Shown: positions 19,117 through 28,171, counted from the stretch's first letter. The stretch: DNA of 32,000 nt from Acaryochloris marina MBIC11017 (GCF_000018105.1 NC_009925.1:5430001-5462000), one strand, 5' to 3'. Numbers and translations: made by a program. Notes: generated by a model not told the origin, from the sequence alone.

Positions 19117-20829
19117 CTACTGGGAAGGCTCAATTTGCTTCTTAACCCGCTCTTGATTCAGCAAAGCTAGGGAATGGTTGGGATTCAGACTAAGGGCTTG
19201 TTCTAAGCTGGCAAGGGCTTCAGGAAAATTTCCTAAAGCCTTGAGGGCAATCCCTTTCCCGGTCCAATAATCAGCATTTTTTTCGTTAAAGGCAAGGGCT
19301 TTATTATAGGCCGTCACCGCCCGACTATAGGAGCGTAACCCCATCAGAGCCAGGGCTTTGTTATACCAAGCGCGATCGGATTTAGCATCCAGAGCCACCG
19401 CCTGATCTGCAGCCGATAAGGCCTGACCATAATCTTCCAGCCGCCAATAAGCTGCACTTTGATTAATCCAGATCTCCACTAGCGTCGGCTGCTTCCCCGC
19501 ATTGGCATCTCCTTTTAATGCCTGGTCGTAAGCCGCAACAGCTTCCTCTAACTTGCCCAGAGTCGTCAGAATCCGGCCCTGGTTAAACCAAGCTAAAGAA
19601 GATTGCGGATCGACGTCTACCCCTTGGGCAGCAGCATCCAGGGCTTCATCAAATCGGCCTAGACGCCAGAGAGACAAGGCCCTTGCACTCCAAGAATGGG
19701 CATCTTTTGGCGTTAAGGCTAACGCTCGATCAATGGAGGTCAGCGCTTCTTCAAACCGACCCAGACCAATCAGGGCTGTTCCCCGTTGGCTCCAGGCAAA
19801 CTCTAAACCTGCTTCTCCCCAGTCTCCGTCCCCTTCTTGGAACGCTTTTTCGCAACTGGCTAAGGCCATCTCAAACTGGCGAAGCTGGTTGGCATTGGCA
19901 CATTGCTGAATCAGAGCCGCTGAAGAGGTCGGGGCCAGGGTAACAGCAAACCCGTGGGAAGCTTGAGCCTGTTGATGTTCTCCCAATTGATCCAGCAAAA
20001 TCCCTTGCTGAGACCATAGTTGGGAATCCTTAGGCGCAAAGGCAAGCGCCTTGTCATAACCTTTGAGGGCCTGGTTGTAATCCCCTAATTGTCGGTGTAG
20101 TTGAGCAAGTTGGGACCAGCCTATTGCGGGAGAACTGCCTCCCCAATCACTGTCGCCTCGGAGGGCGCGATCGCAGGATTGAAACGCCAAGGAATATTGC
20201 TTGAGTGCGGCCAAGACCTGACAGCGATCGGCCCAAGCCCGGCCATCTCGGCTATGAATATGGGTGGCCCAGTCATAAGCAGCCAGGGCTTCCTCTAACC
20301 GCTCCAGCTTAAACAGAGCTGCACTCCGGTAATACCAGGCTTGATCTGGTAGCGATTGCCCTCGTTGATCCGCCACTTGGAGGGCCAACTCACAATCCTT
20401 AAGCGCGGGCTCATAGTTTTTCAATTTAAAAAGGCTGATACAACGCTTTGCCAAAATCTGGGGCTCATCCGGCTTCAGCTTGAGCACCTGGTTAAAAGCG
20501 GCAACGGCATCTGAATGTTTGGCTAGGGCAAATACAATTGTGCTGCGATCTATCCATGTCTGCGGATCGTTGGTATTTAAGGCAATCGCCTGGTCACAGG
20601 CTTTCAGAGCGTCTTCATATTGCTTCTGCTGAGTCAGGCTCTGACATAATCCTGCCCAATGATCATAGTCCTGCAGTCCTTCCTGAGCTTTGAGCGGTAG
20701 GGGGAGCAGGGCGAAGGCCAACCCCCACAGCAACGGTCCCACAGACCATCTATACCGTCGCAATCGGCAATTCCGATTTCTAGTAACTACTGAGACTCTT
20801 TCCCTAAGGACAGGAGTGGGTTGTTCCAT
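19117..20829 (-). CDS. TPR-repeat protein with N-terminal signal/anchor
   Basis: 570-aa ORF with the hydrophobic segment GPLLWGLAFALLPLPLKA followed by more than 10 TPR-like 34-residue repeats (W..RG.AL..LGRYEEAL.AYD.AL...P pattern). Confidence 0.8.
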   Translation of the reverse strand: MEQPTPVLRERVSVVTRNRNCRLRRYRWSVGPLLWGLAFALLPLPLKAQEGLQDYDHWAGLCQSLTQQKQYEDALKACDQAIALNTNDPQTWIDRSTIVFALAKHSDAVAAFNQVLKLKPDEPQILAKRCISLFKLKNYEPALKDCELALQVADQRGQSLPDQAWYYRSAALFKLERLEEALAAYDWATHIHSRDGRAWADRCQVLAALKQYSLAFQSCDRALRGDSDWGGSSPAIGWSQLAQLHRQLGDYNQALKGYDKALAFAPKDSQLWSQQGILLDQLGEHQQAQASHGFAVTLAPTSSAALIQQCANANQLRQFEMALASCEKAFQEGDGDWGEAGLEFAWSQRGTALIGLGRFEEALTSIDRALALTPKDAHSWSARALSLWRLGRFDEALDAAAQGVDVDPQSSLAWFNQGRILTTLGKLEEAVAAYDQALKGDANAGKQPTLVEIWINQSAAYWRLEDYGQALSAADQAVALDAKSDRAWYNKALALMGLRSYSRAVTAYNKALAFNEKNADYWTGKGIALKALGNFPEALASLEQALSLNPNHSLALLNQERVKKQIEPSQ

Positions 20830-22246
20830 CAGGCATTATGGCTCCACACAGATAGGCATCATCAAGGTTTGTGCCCTCAATATTGGCATTCTCCAAATTG
20901 GCTTCTGCTAAGTTGGCATTCTTTAAGGTCGCAGCCTTCAAACTAGCTCCTGTCAGATCGGCCCGAAACAGATTGGCTTCCGTCAAATTCGCCCCATCCA
21001 AAATACTTTGGGCAAGGTTCGCTTGGGGAAGCTGCGCCCGGAAAAAGTCCACTTGGTTCAAATCCGCTTGGGCTAAATCAGCGGTTTTGAGGTCTAGCTC
21101 CCTGCCCCCCTGGTTGACTAGCTCCCACACCTGCCGCCATTTATCCGCCAGAACCGTTTTGATATTGATTTTACTTTTGTGCAGCTTGGCTAGGTTGAGA
21201 TCGGCACCTTCTAAATTGGCATAGCGTAGATCGGCACCTTCTAAATTGCTATTGGTCAAATTGGCTCGACGAAAGTCCGTATAGCGGAGGCGGGCATTAC
21301 TAAAATTGGTGGCTCGCAGGTTACTATCCTGCAAATTGACAATAAACAAGTACGCCTGGGACAGATCCGCTTCTTCCAGCTCTGCTCCAACCAAATTAAT
21401 GCCCACCCAGTGCACACCACTCAGATTTTTGCCCTGTGCTGTAGGGTCTTCCGTCGCAGAAGGTTCTGGAGCAAGTGATTCCGAGGCCTCTTCGGACACA
21501 GGGCTTTCAATTTGCTTCTGATTGACAATGGCCCAAGCATTCCGCCATTTCGGATCGATAACAGTAGTGTCATCTAGTTTGGCCTCCCTCAGATCAGCAT
21601 TCACTAAGTTAGCACCTGTTAAATCCGCCCCAATCAGATTGGCCCCTTTTAGAGACGCGCCTTCTAAGTTGGCGTTAATCAACTGGGTTCCCACTAGGGA
21701 TGCATTCTGTAATCGAGCCTGGGATAAATTGGCGGTGGTCAAATTAGCCTGATTCAACTGAGCTTTACCTAAGTTGGCCCTCGCTAAATTGGCTTCGGTT
21801 AAATTGGCTTGGCTCAAGTTGGCATCGCGGAGTTGAGCATTCTCTAAATTGCTAAGGGTGAGCTGGGCTTGAGATAAGTTAGCTCGGAATAAGATGGCTG
21901 CCCCCAGTTGGCTTTTTTCTAAATTGCTGAGGGTAAGTTGGGCACTGGAAAGGTTTGCCTCCCGCAAATCAGCTTGTTTGAGATCCGCCCGAAGGAGATC
22001 TGCCCCATCCAACTTTGCGCCTCGCAGATTCGCTTCTTTAAGATTGGCCCCTTTGAGGTTGGCATTCCGAAGATCCGCTCCCCCTAATTTGGCTTTATCC
22101 AGCTGACAGTCGGCACATTCACGCGTTTCTTTCAGTTGGTCAACATGATCGCCTTTGGCTGCTTGCACAGGTTGACTCAATAGGGTGAGCGCAACCACTC
22201 CATAAACCAATCCAGATGTGACTTTGAGAGTCTGGCTTATCCGCAA
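20804..22246 (-). CDS. Exported pentapeptide-repeat protein
   Basis: 480-aa ORF with the signal peptide LVYGVVALTLLSQPVQA. Three blocks of A(D/N)LxX pentapeptide repeats are separated by linkers containing D(P)KWR..W..VNQ. The 3' end overlaps the TPR gene start by 26 nt. Confidence 0.9.
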   Translation of the reverse strand: MRISQTLKVTSGLVYGVVALTLLSQPVQAAKGDHVDQLKETRECADCQLDKAKLGGADLRNANLKGANLKEANLRGAKLDGADLLRADLKQADLREANLSSAQLTLSNLEKSQLGAAILFRANLSQAQLTLSNLENAQLRDANLSQANLTEANLARANLGKAQLNQANLTTANLSQARLQNASLVGTQLINANLEGASLKGANLIGADLTGANLVNADLREAKLDDTTVIDPKWRNAWAIVNQKQIESPVSEEASESLAPEPSATEDPTAQGKNLSGVHWVGINLVGAELEEADLSQAYLFIVNLQDSNLRATNFSNARLRYTDFRRANLTNSNLEGADLRYANLEGADLNLAKLHKSKINIKTVLADKWRQVWELVNQGGRELDLKTADLAQADLNQVDFFRAQLPQANLAQSILDGANLTEANLFRADLTGASLKAATLKNANLAEANLENANIEGTNLDDAYLCGAIMPDGTTHSCP

Positions 22247-22355
22247 AATCCGAACCTCAGATTTTAGGAAAGATCAACTACAGATCATGGCATGTTCACT
22301 GGCCGCAAAGGATTAGACAAAGGTCTAGCATCATCAAGAGAAAGACTATATTGGA

Positions 22356-23003
22356 TTAATCATGCGCTAAGAGAATCATGGGTGATCTTTCTGAAACAGA
22401 GTGTTCACCCATACGCAGCTTTTGTTTATCTCTTCGCGATAATTTGCGAAAGCCAAGCCCCTGATAGAATTTAGCAACTGAACGATTCGTTAATACGTAA
22501 ATTGGTGTTGGGTAGTTTTGAAGTAAAGACTGAACTAATGCTGTCCCTAATCCCATTCTTCTCCGCGTATTGTGAATATATAAACTGCCTAAAATTGAAT
22601 GGCTGCCATGGCTCTTAATAAGGGCACGGCCTACAAAACGTCCCTGCTCTTCGATTACCCAACAATTCTTGGGCAGGTGCTCAGGCTTAGCTAGCGATCT
22701 AATCCCCAATGCAATAAATAGACCTAAAAAAGCTAGATAGGCTATAACTATCCAAAGCACATTTATCGGTATTCCTAAGGCACCTAATGCCTGCAAATAC
22801 ATGCCTATAACGACAGCAGAGAATAAATATAGAATTGTACCTGTCCGAAGTTTATAAAATACCAGCATCATTCTCATTGAGACCCAAGATGGCAGTTGAT
22901 CAGGGCTTTTAGGCATCATCATTAATCTGAGGCGGTCTATATCAGTGGTTTTTATGGGGCGAATGACACAACCAAATGGCAGATTTGATGAGTGATTTGC
23001 CAT
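22356..23003 (-). CDS. GNAT-family N-acetyltransferase with transmembrane helices inserted after the first beta-alpha unit (paralogue A)
   Basis: 215 aa. VIRPIKTTDIDRL (GNAT beta1/alpha1) is followed by about 3 hydrophobic helices, then WVIEEQGRFVGRA...LYIHNTRRRMGLGTALV (the acetyl-CoA motif A, R-x-x-G-x-G). Confidence 0.65.
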   Translation of the reverse strand: MANHSSNLPFGCVIRPIKTTDIDRLRLMMMPKSPDQLPSWVSMRMMLVFYKLRTGTILYLFSAVVIGMYLQALGALGIPINVLWIVIAYLAFLGLFIALGIRSLAKPEHLPKNCWVIEEQGRFVGRALIKSHGSHSILGSLYIHNTRRRMGLGTALVQSLLQNYPTPIYVLTNRSVAKFYQGLGFRKLSRRDKQKLRMGEHSVSERSPMILLAHD

Positions 23004-23069
23004 TAATAGCTCTTATACATTCCAATCAAACAATCTACTTTAAAAGAGAATATCCAAATCAAACATCAA

Positions 23070-23783
23070 TTAGTGGGCCATGCAGTAGGTAGGAATCAGA
23101 AATCTTTGGGCTTTTGGAGGTAATTTTTGAAAGCGAACTCTCCGAGACCCAATGCGTCTATAGAATTTTGAAGTCCCTAAAGCAGGTGATAAGTAGATAG
23201 GCTTCTTCCCTATCTGAATCAGTTTTTTGACGATTGCAGTACCAAGACCTTTGCCTCTCCACTTTGAGCATATGCGTAAACTTCTGATAACTGAGAAAGT
23301 TTCATAGTTTTGAAAATAAGCTGAGCCCAAGAAACGATCTTCCTGTTCGATCACCCAATAACGCCAAGGATAGTCCTTAATCCAACCTCTCCCCCCTTGT
23401 GCCATGACTATTGCTGTTCCCATAAAAGCAATCAAGAAGCAAGATATTAGATAGATTATTATTGAAACGTTGTCGACATGTATAGTTGCGCCTAGCAATC
23501 CTATATGTAAACCGTAAAAAAATACTGCCATACATAATACAAGGACTTGCAAAAATAAAAATATTACGATCCCACTTCTTATTTCAAACAGGGTTATCAA
23601 AAAATTTATGGAAACCCAAGAAGGCATAGAAGAAGGACTTTTTGGCATCATTAAAAGTTTGAGGTAATCCTCATCCGTTTTTTGGCAACGCCGAATGACA
23701 TACCCAGAAGGTAGTTCAGATTGGGACTGGGACATTAATTTACTACTGCACTTTATAGACTTAGTATTGGCCTCAAATATCAT
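23070..23783 (-). CDS. GNAT-family N-acetyltransferase with inserted transmembrane helices (paralogue B)
   Basis: It has the same architecture as 22356..23003: YVIRRCQKTDEDYL, a shared LMMPKSP..PSWVS motif, TM helices, and WVIEQEDRFLGSA...KWRGKGLGTAIV. I use ATG 23783; the track start is GTG 23786. Confidence 0.65.
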   Translation of the reverse strand: MIFEANTKSIKCSSKLMSQSQSELPSGYVIRRCQKTDEDYLKLLMMPKSPSSMPSWVSINFLITLFEIRSGIVIFLFLQVLVLCMAVFFYGLHIGLLGATIHVDNVSIIIYLISCFLIAFMGTAIVMAQGGRGWIKDYPWRYWVIEQEDRFLGSAYFQNYETFSVIRSLRICSKWRGKGLGTAIVKKLIQIGKKPIYLSPALGTSKFYRRIGSRRVRFQKLPPKAQRFLIPTYCMAH

Positions 23784-23989
23784 CACGCTAAAGTAACTTC
23801 TTGATTCTCAACAAGTCTTTTCTTCACCAATAAAATTTTGACGATCTGACTACTTATCCCACAGGTAACAAGCATCCTCAAGCCCCAAGGTGTAAGCACA
23901 AGTTGTATTAGTGCTTGTTCGCAGATGCCAAGCACATAGAACAACGTATGATCGATACAAGACAAAGGTTTTAAGCACGAGGCAATTGC

Positions 23990-25297
23990 ATGGCAGCCAC
24001 GATCGCATTGATCGCTCACGATCGCAAAAAAGATCAAATCGTTGAATTTGCCAAGCAATACCAACCCGTTCTCTGCCGATATCGCATTATTGCCACCGGC
24101 ACGACCGGACAGCGGATTAAAGACGCCACCAGCCTAGAGGTCGAGAGAATGCTATCGGGACCTATGGGAGGGGATGCCCAAATTTCCACCCAGGTGGCGG
24201 AAGGCAAAGTCACCGCTGTTATTTTCCTCGTCGATCCGCTCTATGCCCAACCCCATGAGCCCGACATTCAAGCCCTTCAAAGGATTTGCGCCGTTTATGA
24301 TATCCCTCTCGCCATCAATGTCGCCACTGCGTCGGCCATCTTAGAGCAACTCCGCCGTACACGAGTCGCCCACCTCATCTTCAATCCCGTGTCTGGACAA
24401 GGCAATGCCGACCATGATTTGACCTTGATCGAAGAACTCCTCAGTCCAGCCATGGAACTGGTCGTGCATTTGACTACTCCAGACACCCATCCCAGTGAGT
24501 TGGTAGAAGATGCCATGTCAGCCCAAGCCGATCTGATTCTGGCTTCCGGGGGCGATGGCACGATTTCTGCAGTGGCAGGGGCATTGATCGGTAGCGATAT
24601 TCCTTTGGGGATTATTCCCCGAGGGACTGCCAACGCCTTTGCCGCTGCCCTCAATATTTCGCAGGGATTTATGCCGATTCGAAGTGCCTGCAACATTATT
24701 GTCCAAGGCAAGACTTGGGTGGTCGATGTAGCGAAATGCAACGATCGGCCGATGATTCTGTTAGCGGGGATCGGTCTAGAAGCAGAAGTGATTGAGCGAG
24801 CGGACCGAGAAGCCAAAAATCGCTGGGGTGCTTTTGCCTACATTATGGAAGGTATTAAACAGTTCAATCAGCAGGAGCTTTTTGAAACAGAGATTGAAGT
24901 GGAAGGCGTAATCAAAACTTTTAATGCTGGTGCTGTCACGATTGCCAACGCCGCACCCCCGACTTCAGTAATGGCTCAAGGGGCAGGGATCGTCGATGCC
25001 AGTGATGGACTGTTAGATATCACCATTGGTGCACCAAAAAATGATTTGGAAGCCGTCGGGGCGATGGTGAACTTAGTGGGGGCTGCCTTGATGCGCCACC
25101 CCACCAATCGGGAAGACATTATCAATCTACAAACCCGTCGAGTCAAAGTGAAAACCCACCCACCCCAAAAGGTTGTCGTGGATGGGGAAATGGTGGGAAC
25201 TACCCCCATCGAAGTGGAATGCATTCCTCGGGGGTTGGTTGTGTTTGCACCTGAGTCAGCAGATTTACATCAGGAAGCCCCTGAAACTGAGGCTTAA
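23990..25297 (+). CDS. Fusion protein: methylglyoxal synthase domain plus DAG-kinase-like (YegS/BmrU/DgkB-type) lipid kinase catalytic domain
   Basis: Residues 1-125 align by eye along the whole length of E. coli MgsA, with catalytic motifs intact (IAHD..K, ATGTTG, SGPMGGD, PHEPD). Residues about 126-435 carry NPVSGQG, ASGGDGT and IIPRGTANAF, which are typical of the DAGK_cat fold. Confidence 0.85.
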   Translation: MAATIALIAHDRKKDQIVEFAKQYQPVLCRYRIIATGTTGQRIKDATSLEVERMLSGPMGGDAQISTQVAEGKVTAVIFLVDPLYAQPHEPDIQALQRICAVYDIPLAINVATASAILEQLRRTRVAHLIFNPVSGQGNADHDLTLIEELLSPAMELVVHLTTPDTHPSELVEDAMSAQADLILASGGDGTISAVAGALIGSDIPLGIIPRGTANAFAAALNISQGFMPIRSACNIIVQGKTWVVDVAKCNDRPMILLAGIGLEAEVIERADREAKNRWGAFAYIMEGIKQFNQQELFETEIEVEGVIKTFNAGAVTIANAAPPTSVMAQGAGIVDASDGLLDITIGAPKNDLEAVGAMVNLVGAALMRHPTNREDIINLQTRRVKVKTHPPQKVVVDGEMVGTTPIEVECIPRGLVVFAPESADLHQEAPETEA

Positions 25298-25318
25298 TTG
25301 AATTGAAAGGCATACAGG

Positions 25319-25657
25319 CTAACGGAAAAACCCTTTATCGCCATGATGAAACTTATGCTCGTGGTGGTCATGATGCTTGTCGTGGTGCTTTTTCTTCAAT
25401 ACTTTGAACTTCTTGAAGCCAAAACTAGGAGAGCGATGGAAGCGGCGAAAACGACGACGGCCATGATGCCGACGGAAGCGACGACGACCGTGAAATCCGT
25501 GGCGACGGTGGCCGAATTTTCTAAATTTTACGGAGACCACTTCTGGCTCTTGTTGATCGGTGAATAAACCAATCTCAGCAGCTGTCGCTTCGCTGATACC
25601 AACCGTGAGAACGGATAAGCTGAGTAATGCAGTGGAGAGTATACGTTTCGGAGTCAT
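25319..25657 (-). CDS. Secreted His/Arg/Phe/Lys-rich small protein
   Basis: The predicted signal peptide is MTPKRILSTALLSLSVLTVGISEATA|AE. The mature 86-aa part contains about 15 His and 15 Arg, including the tandem HGRRRFRR x2 and HHDKHHDHHEHKFHH. The start is uncertain: ATG 25657, ATG 25678, or the track's TTG 25759. Confidence 0.55.
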   Translation of the reverse strand: MTPKRILSTALLSLSVLTVGISEATAAEIGLFTDQQEPEVVSVKFRKFGHRRHGFHGRRRFRRHHGRRRFRRFHRSPSFGFKKFKVLKKKHHDKHHDHHEHKFHHGDKGFFR

Positions 25658-25861
25658 CTTTCGTGCCTCGCTTTTCATTAATTTCAATCTAAAGCGGGAA
25701 TCTGAGAAGAAGCTGATGAGTCTCTGAGGTAAGGTGATCAGATTGCTGAAGATTATCAACCATTATGAGAACGCTTCCTTTTGCCAGCATTCACCCTCTC
25801 GGGGGCGACTAATTCGTTAAGCTGAAGACTCTTTTATTCCCACTGTCTCCTTAGGTTTTGC

Positions 25862-27268
25862 ATGAGATTGCGACATAAATTGTCTAAGCAACGGACTGAT
25901 CAACATCCGCCACAGATTCATCCGCTGCTTCGCCCCCACTGGCCCTTTGACCCAAGTAAGCTGCCTTTTTTTTATGGCTGGGCGATTTTAGCAGCCTGCA
26001 CTATCGGAATCATCATGAGTATTCCGGGTCAAACCATGGGAGTGAGCGTCTTTACAGACTATTTGATTGAGGCGACAGGGGTATCGCGGCTGCAGCTCAG
26101 TAATGCCTATCTGATTGGCACGGTGACCAGCGGACTGCTGTTGCCCTTTGGAGGTGTATTTCTCGATCGGTTTGGAACGCGCCTGTCGGTGGTGTTGGCT
26201 TCAGTATGGTTGGGACTGACATTGGGATATATGAGTGTGTGCGATCGCATCGCCGTATCCCTTAGTCAAAACTTCAACTTACCTACCTCCAGCTATGTGG
26301 CCTTCGGCTTGTTAGTACTGGGTTTCACCAGCCTGAGATTCAGCGGTCAAGGCATGCTCACCATGTCCAGTCGCAACACATTGGGAAAATGGTTTGATAA
26401 ACGACGGGGACTGGCCTCTGGCATTGCCGGGGTATTTATCTCTTTTGGGTTCGCCGCTACCCCCACTATCGTCAACGCTTGGATTGAAGCGACTACTTGG
26501 CGATGGGCCTGGGTGAGTATGGGGCTAATCGTAAGCATAGGCATGGGCAGCTTAGGCTGGATCTTCTATCGCGATAACCCTGAAGAATGTGGCTTACAGA
26601 TGGACGGCAAAATTTCATCTGCAGGCTCAAATCAATCTCCAACCGATCCAGACACTCGCACTGATTTCACTCGGGGTGAGGCCCTTCGTACGCCAGCTTT
26701 TTGGGCCGTCACCTTAGCACTGTCTTGCCAGGCATTAGCGATCACAGGGATTACCTTTCATATCGTTGATCTGGGGGCAGAAGTTGGATTAACCAAGGCT
26801 GAAGCAGTAGCCCTATTTATACCGATGGCATTGGTATCGACCATGATGGGGTCTTTGATGGGGTTTGCCGCCGATCGAATTCGGCTGCAATTTCTGTTTA
26901 TGGGCATGATGACGGCCCTGGGTGTTGGAATTGCCAGTATGGCTAATTTAGATATTGTGGCTTTACGCGGCCTAGCAATTGCGGGATTGGGCAGTAGTGG
27001 GGGGTGCTTTGGCACCTTATCGGCTGTGGCCTTGCCTCGTTTCTTTGGCCGAACTCATTTGGGTGCCATTTCAGGGGTACAGATGATGAGTATCGTCTTT
27101 GCCAGTGCGATTGGTCCTTCTTGGATGGCACTCTTCAAGGACGTTGCGGGATCCTACAAAATGGGCCTCTATTGCTTCTGTATTCTTCCACCCATTATTC
27201 TGCTGCTGAATTGGATAGCCCCAAATCCACAATTGCAAACTCATCTGCCATCCTCCAATTCGAGGTAA
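25862..27268 (+). CDS. MFS transporter
   Basis: 468-aa ORF with about 12 predicted TM helices in a 6+6 arrangement, a hydrophilic central loop and the MFS-like motif GGVFLDRFGTR after TM2. Confidence 0.85.
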   Translation: MRLRHKLSKQRTDQHPPQIHPLLRPHWPFDPSKLPFFYGWAILAACTIGIIMSIPGQTMGVSVFTDYLIEATGVSRLQLSNAYLIGTVTSGLLLPFGGVFLDRFGTRLSVVLASVWLGLTLGYMSVCDRIAVSLSQNFNLPTSSYVAFGLLVLGFTSLRFSGQGMLTMSSRNTLGKWFDKRRGLASGIAGVFISFGFAATPTIVNAWIEATTWRWAWVSMGLIVSIGMGSLGWIFYRDNPEECGLQMDGKISSAGSNQSPTDPDTRTDFTRGEALRTPAFWAVTLALSCQALAITGITFHIVDLGAEVGLTKAEAVALFIPMALVSTMMGSLMGFAADRIRLQFLFMGMMTALGVGIASMANLDIVALRGLAIAGLGSSGGCFGTLSAVALPRFFGRTHLGAISGVQMMSIVFASAIGPSWMALFKDVAGSYKMGLYCFCILPPIILLLNWIAPNPQLQTHLPSSNSR

Positions 27269-27420
27269 ATTTTCTATTTCCTCTTAATACAAGATGAGAT
27301 AGAGTCAAAAACAACGAAGATAAAGCATTCCATATGGAATCAATATCTACCCTAAAAAGAGCACCCCAAAAGACATCCAGGTGTTTTGTCCAACACTAAA
27401 TCCATCATCCCTTCCATAAA

Positions 27421-28131
27421 CTAAGAATCACTCATTATCGCGATAGTATTCCAATACTTTAGACCTTCAACAATCCAAGATCCCTGTGTTTTATTACAAC
27501 ATAAAGTGAATATTTTCCGAGTTGCAAATAGGCCTAGGACAGGCTTAAGAATCTCTAGTCGATAGTCTGGTTCACCTTGGGTATCATCCATCGTCAAAAA
27601 AGACTGGTTTTCTCCCTTAACCTTAAATCTCTTGTGAGGTTTATAGCGGTGTTCACGATATCGGAAAAGCGCATATTTGGTAGTGAGTACAAGAGAATCA
27701 GGATGCAAATCAATCTGTAGCACTTGGCTGTTCACATTTAGTAATAAGCAACCTAATCCAAAGGGGAACAAACACCCTATCAAACTCCACTGATAGCCAT
27801 CTGGCATTCTCGTCAGAATATTAACAACTAAAAACAGGCTTAAGCCGACACAAGCATATCCCATCAAATTGGCCAAATAGTCTCCCAGTGGAGTGCGTTG
27901 ACGTAATAATAAGCAACTAATATTCTCACCATCTTTGATAATCAGTTTACGATCCTCTTCATGAAAGACCCCCAATTCTTCGCTTGGTTTTCTCCACCGC
28001 CAAGGATCAGTATTATCAGAAGAGTACTCAGTATATTTAACCTTTTTATAGGTCGCACGGTAGGAGAAATAATTACTTATCCCAGCTATGATGGCTCCAA
28101 CAGTCCCTAAGATATAAATGATATCTAGCAT
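27421..28131 (-). CDS. Hypothetical membrane protein (about 3 TM)
   Basis: 236-aa ORF in the AT-rich patch with an N-terminal TM (IIYILGTVGAIIAGI) and two central TMs. It has no recognisable motif. Confidence 0.5.
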   Translation of the reverse strand: MLDIIYILGTVGAIIAGISNYFSYRATYKKVKYTEYSSDNTDPWRWRKPSEELGVFHEEDRKLIIKDGENISCLLLRQRTPLGDYLANLMGYACVGLSLFLVVNILTRMPDGYQWSLIGCLFPFGLGCLLLNVNSQVLQIDLHPDSLVLTTKYALFRYREHRYKPHKRFKVKGENQSFLTMDDTQGEPDYRLEILKPVLGLFATRKIFTLCCNKTQGSWIVEGLKYWNTIAIMSDS

Positions 28132-28171
28132 ATTTCATTTTTAGATACTATTTTTAGTTATAGTCATGAGC

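Noticed and set aside
19553-20298. Plus-strand ORFs (65-118 aa) inside the TPR gene
   Set aside because: They are antisense to a long repeat-protein ORF and have an Arg/Ser/Ala-rich mirror composition.
20871-22106. Plus-strand ORFs (70-117 aa) rich in SAKLA-type repeats
   Set aside because: They are reverse-complement mirrors of the A(D/N)LxX pentapeptide codon periodicity in the minus-strand gene, so they are compositional artefacts.
23783-24064. 93-aa minus-strand ORF whose stop overlaps the GNAT-B start (TGATG)
   Set aside because: The stop-start overlap looks like translational coupling. However, its first 25 or so codons are antisense to the highly conserved MGS N-terminus, and the remainder has no recognisable features. 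It is probably spurious but worth a glance in Ribo-seq data.
24295-24816. 173-aa minus-strand ORF within the MGS-kinase fusion gene
   Set aside because: It is antisense to clear DAGK_cat motifs (GGDGT, PRGTANAF). It is an open antisense frame in a G+C-rich gene, not a separate gene.
27327-27340. 14-bp perfect palindrome ATTCCATATGGAAT between convergent genes
   Set aside because: It cannot form a useful hairpin because it has no loop, and it occurs only once. There is no basis to assign function.
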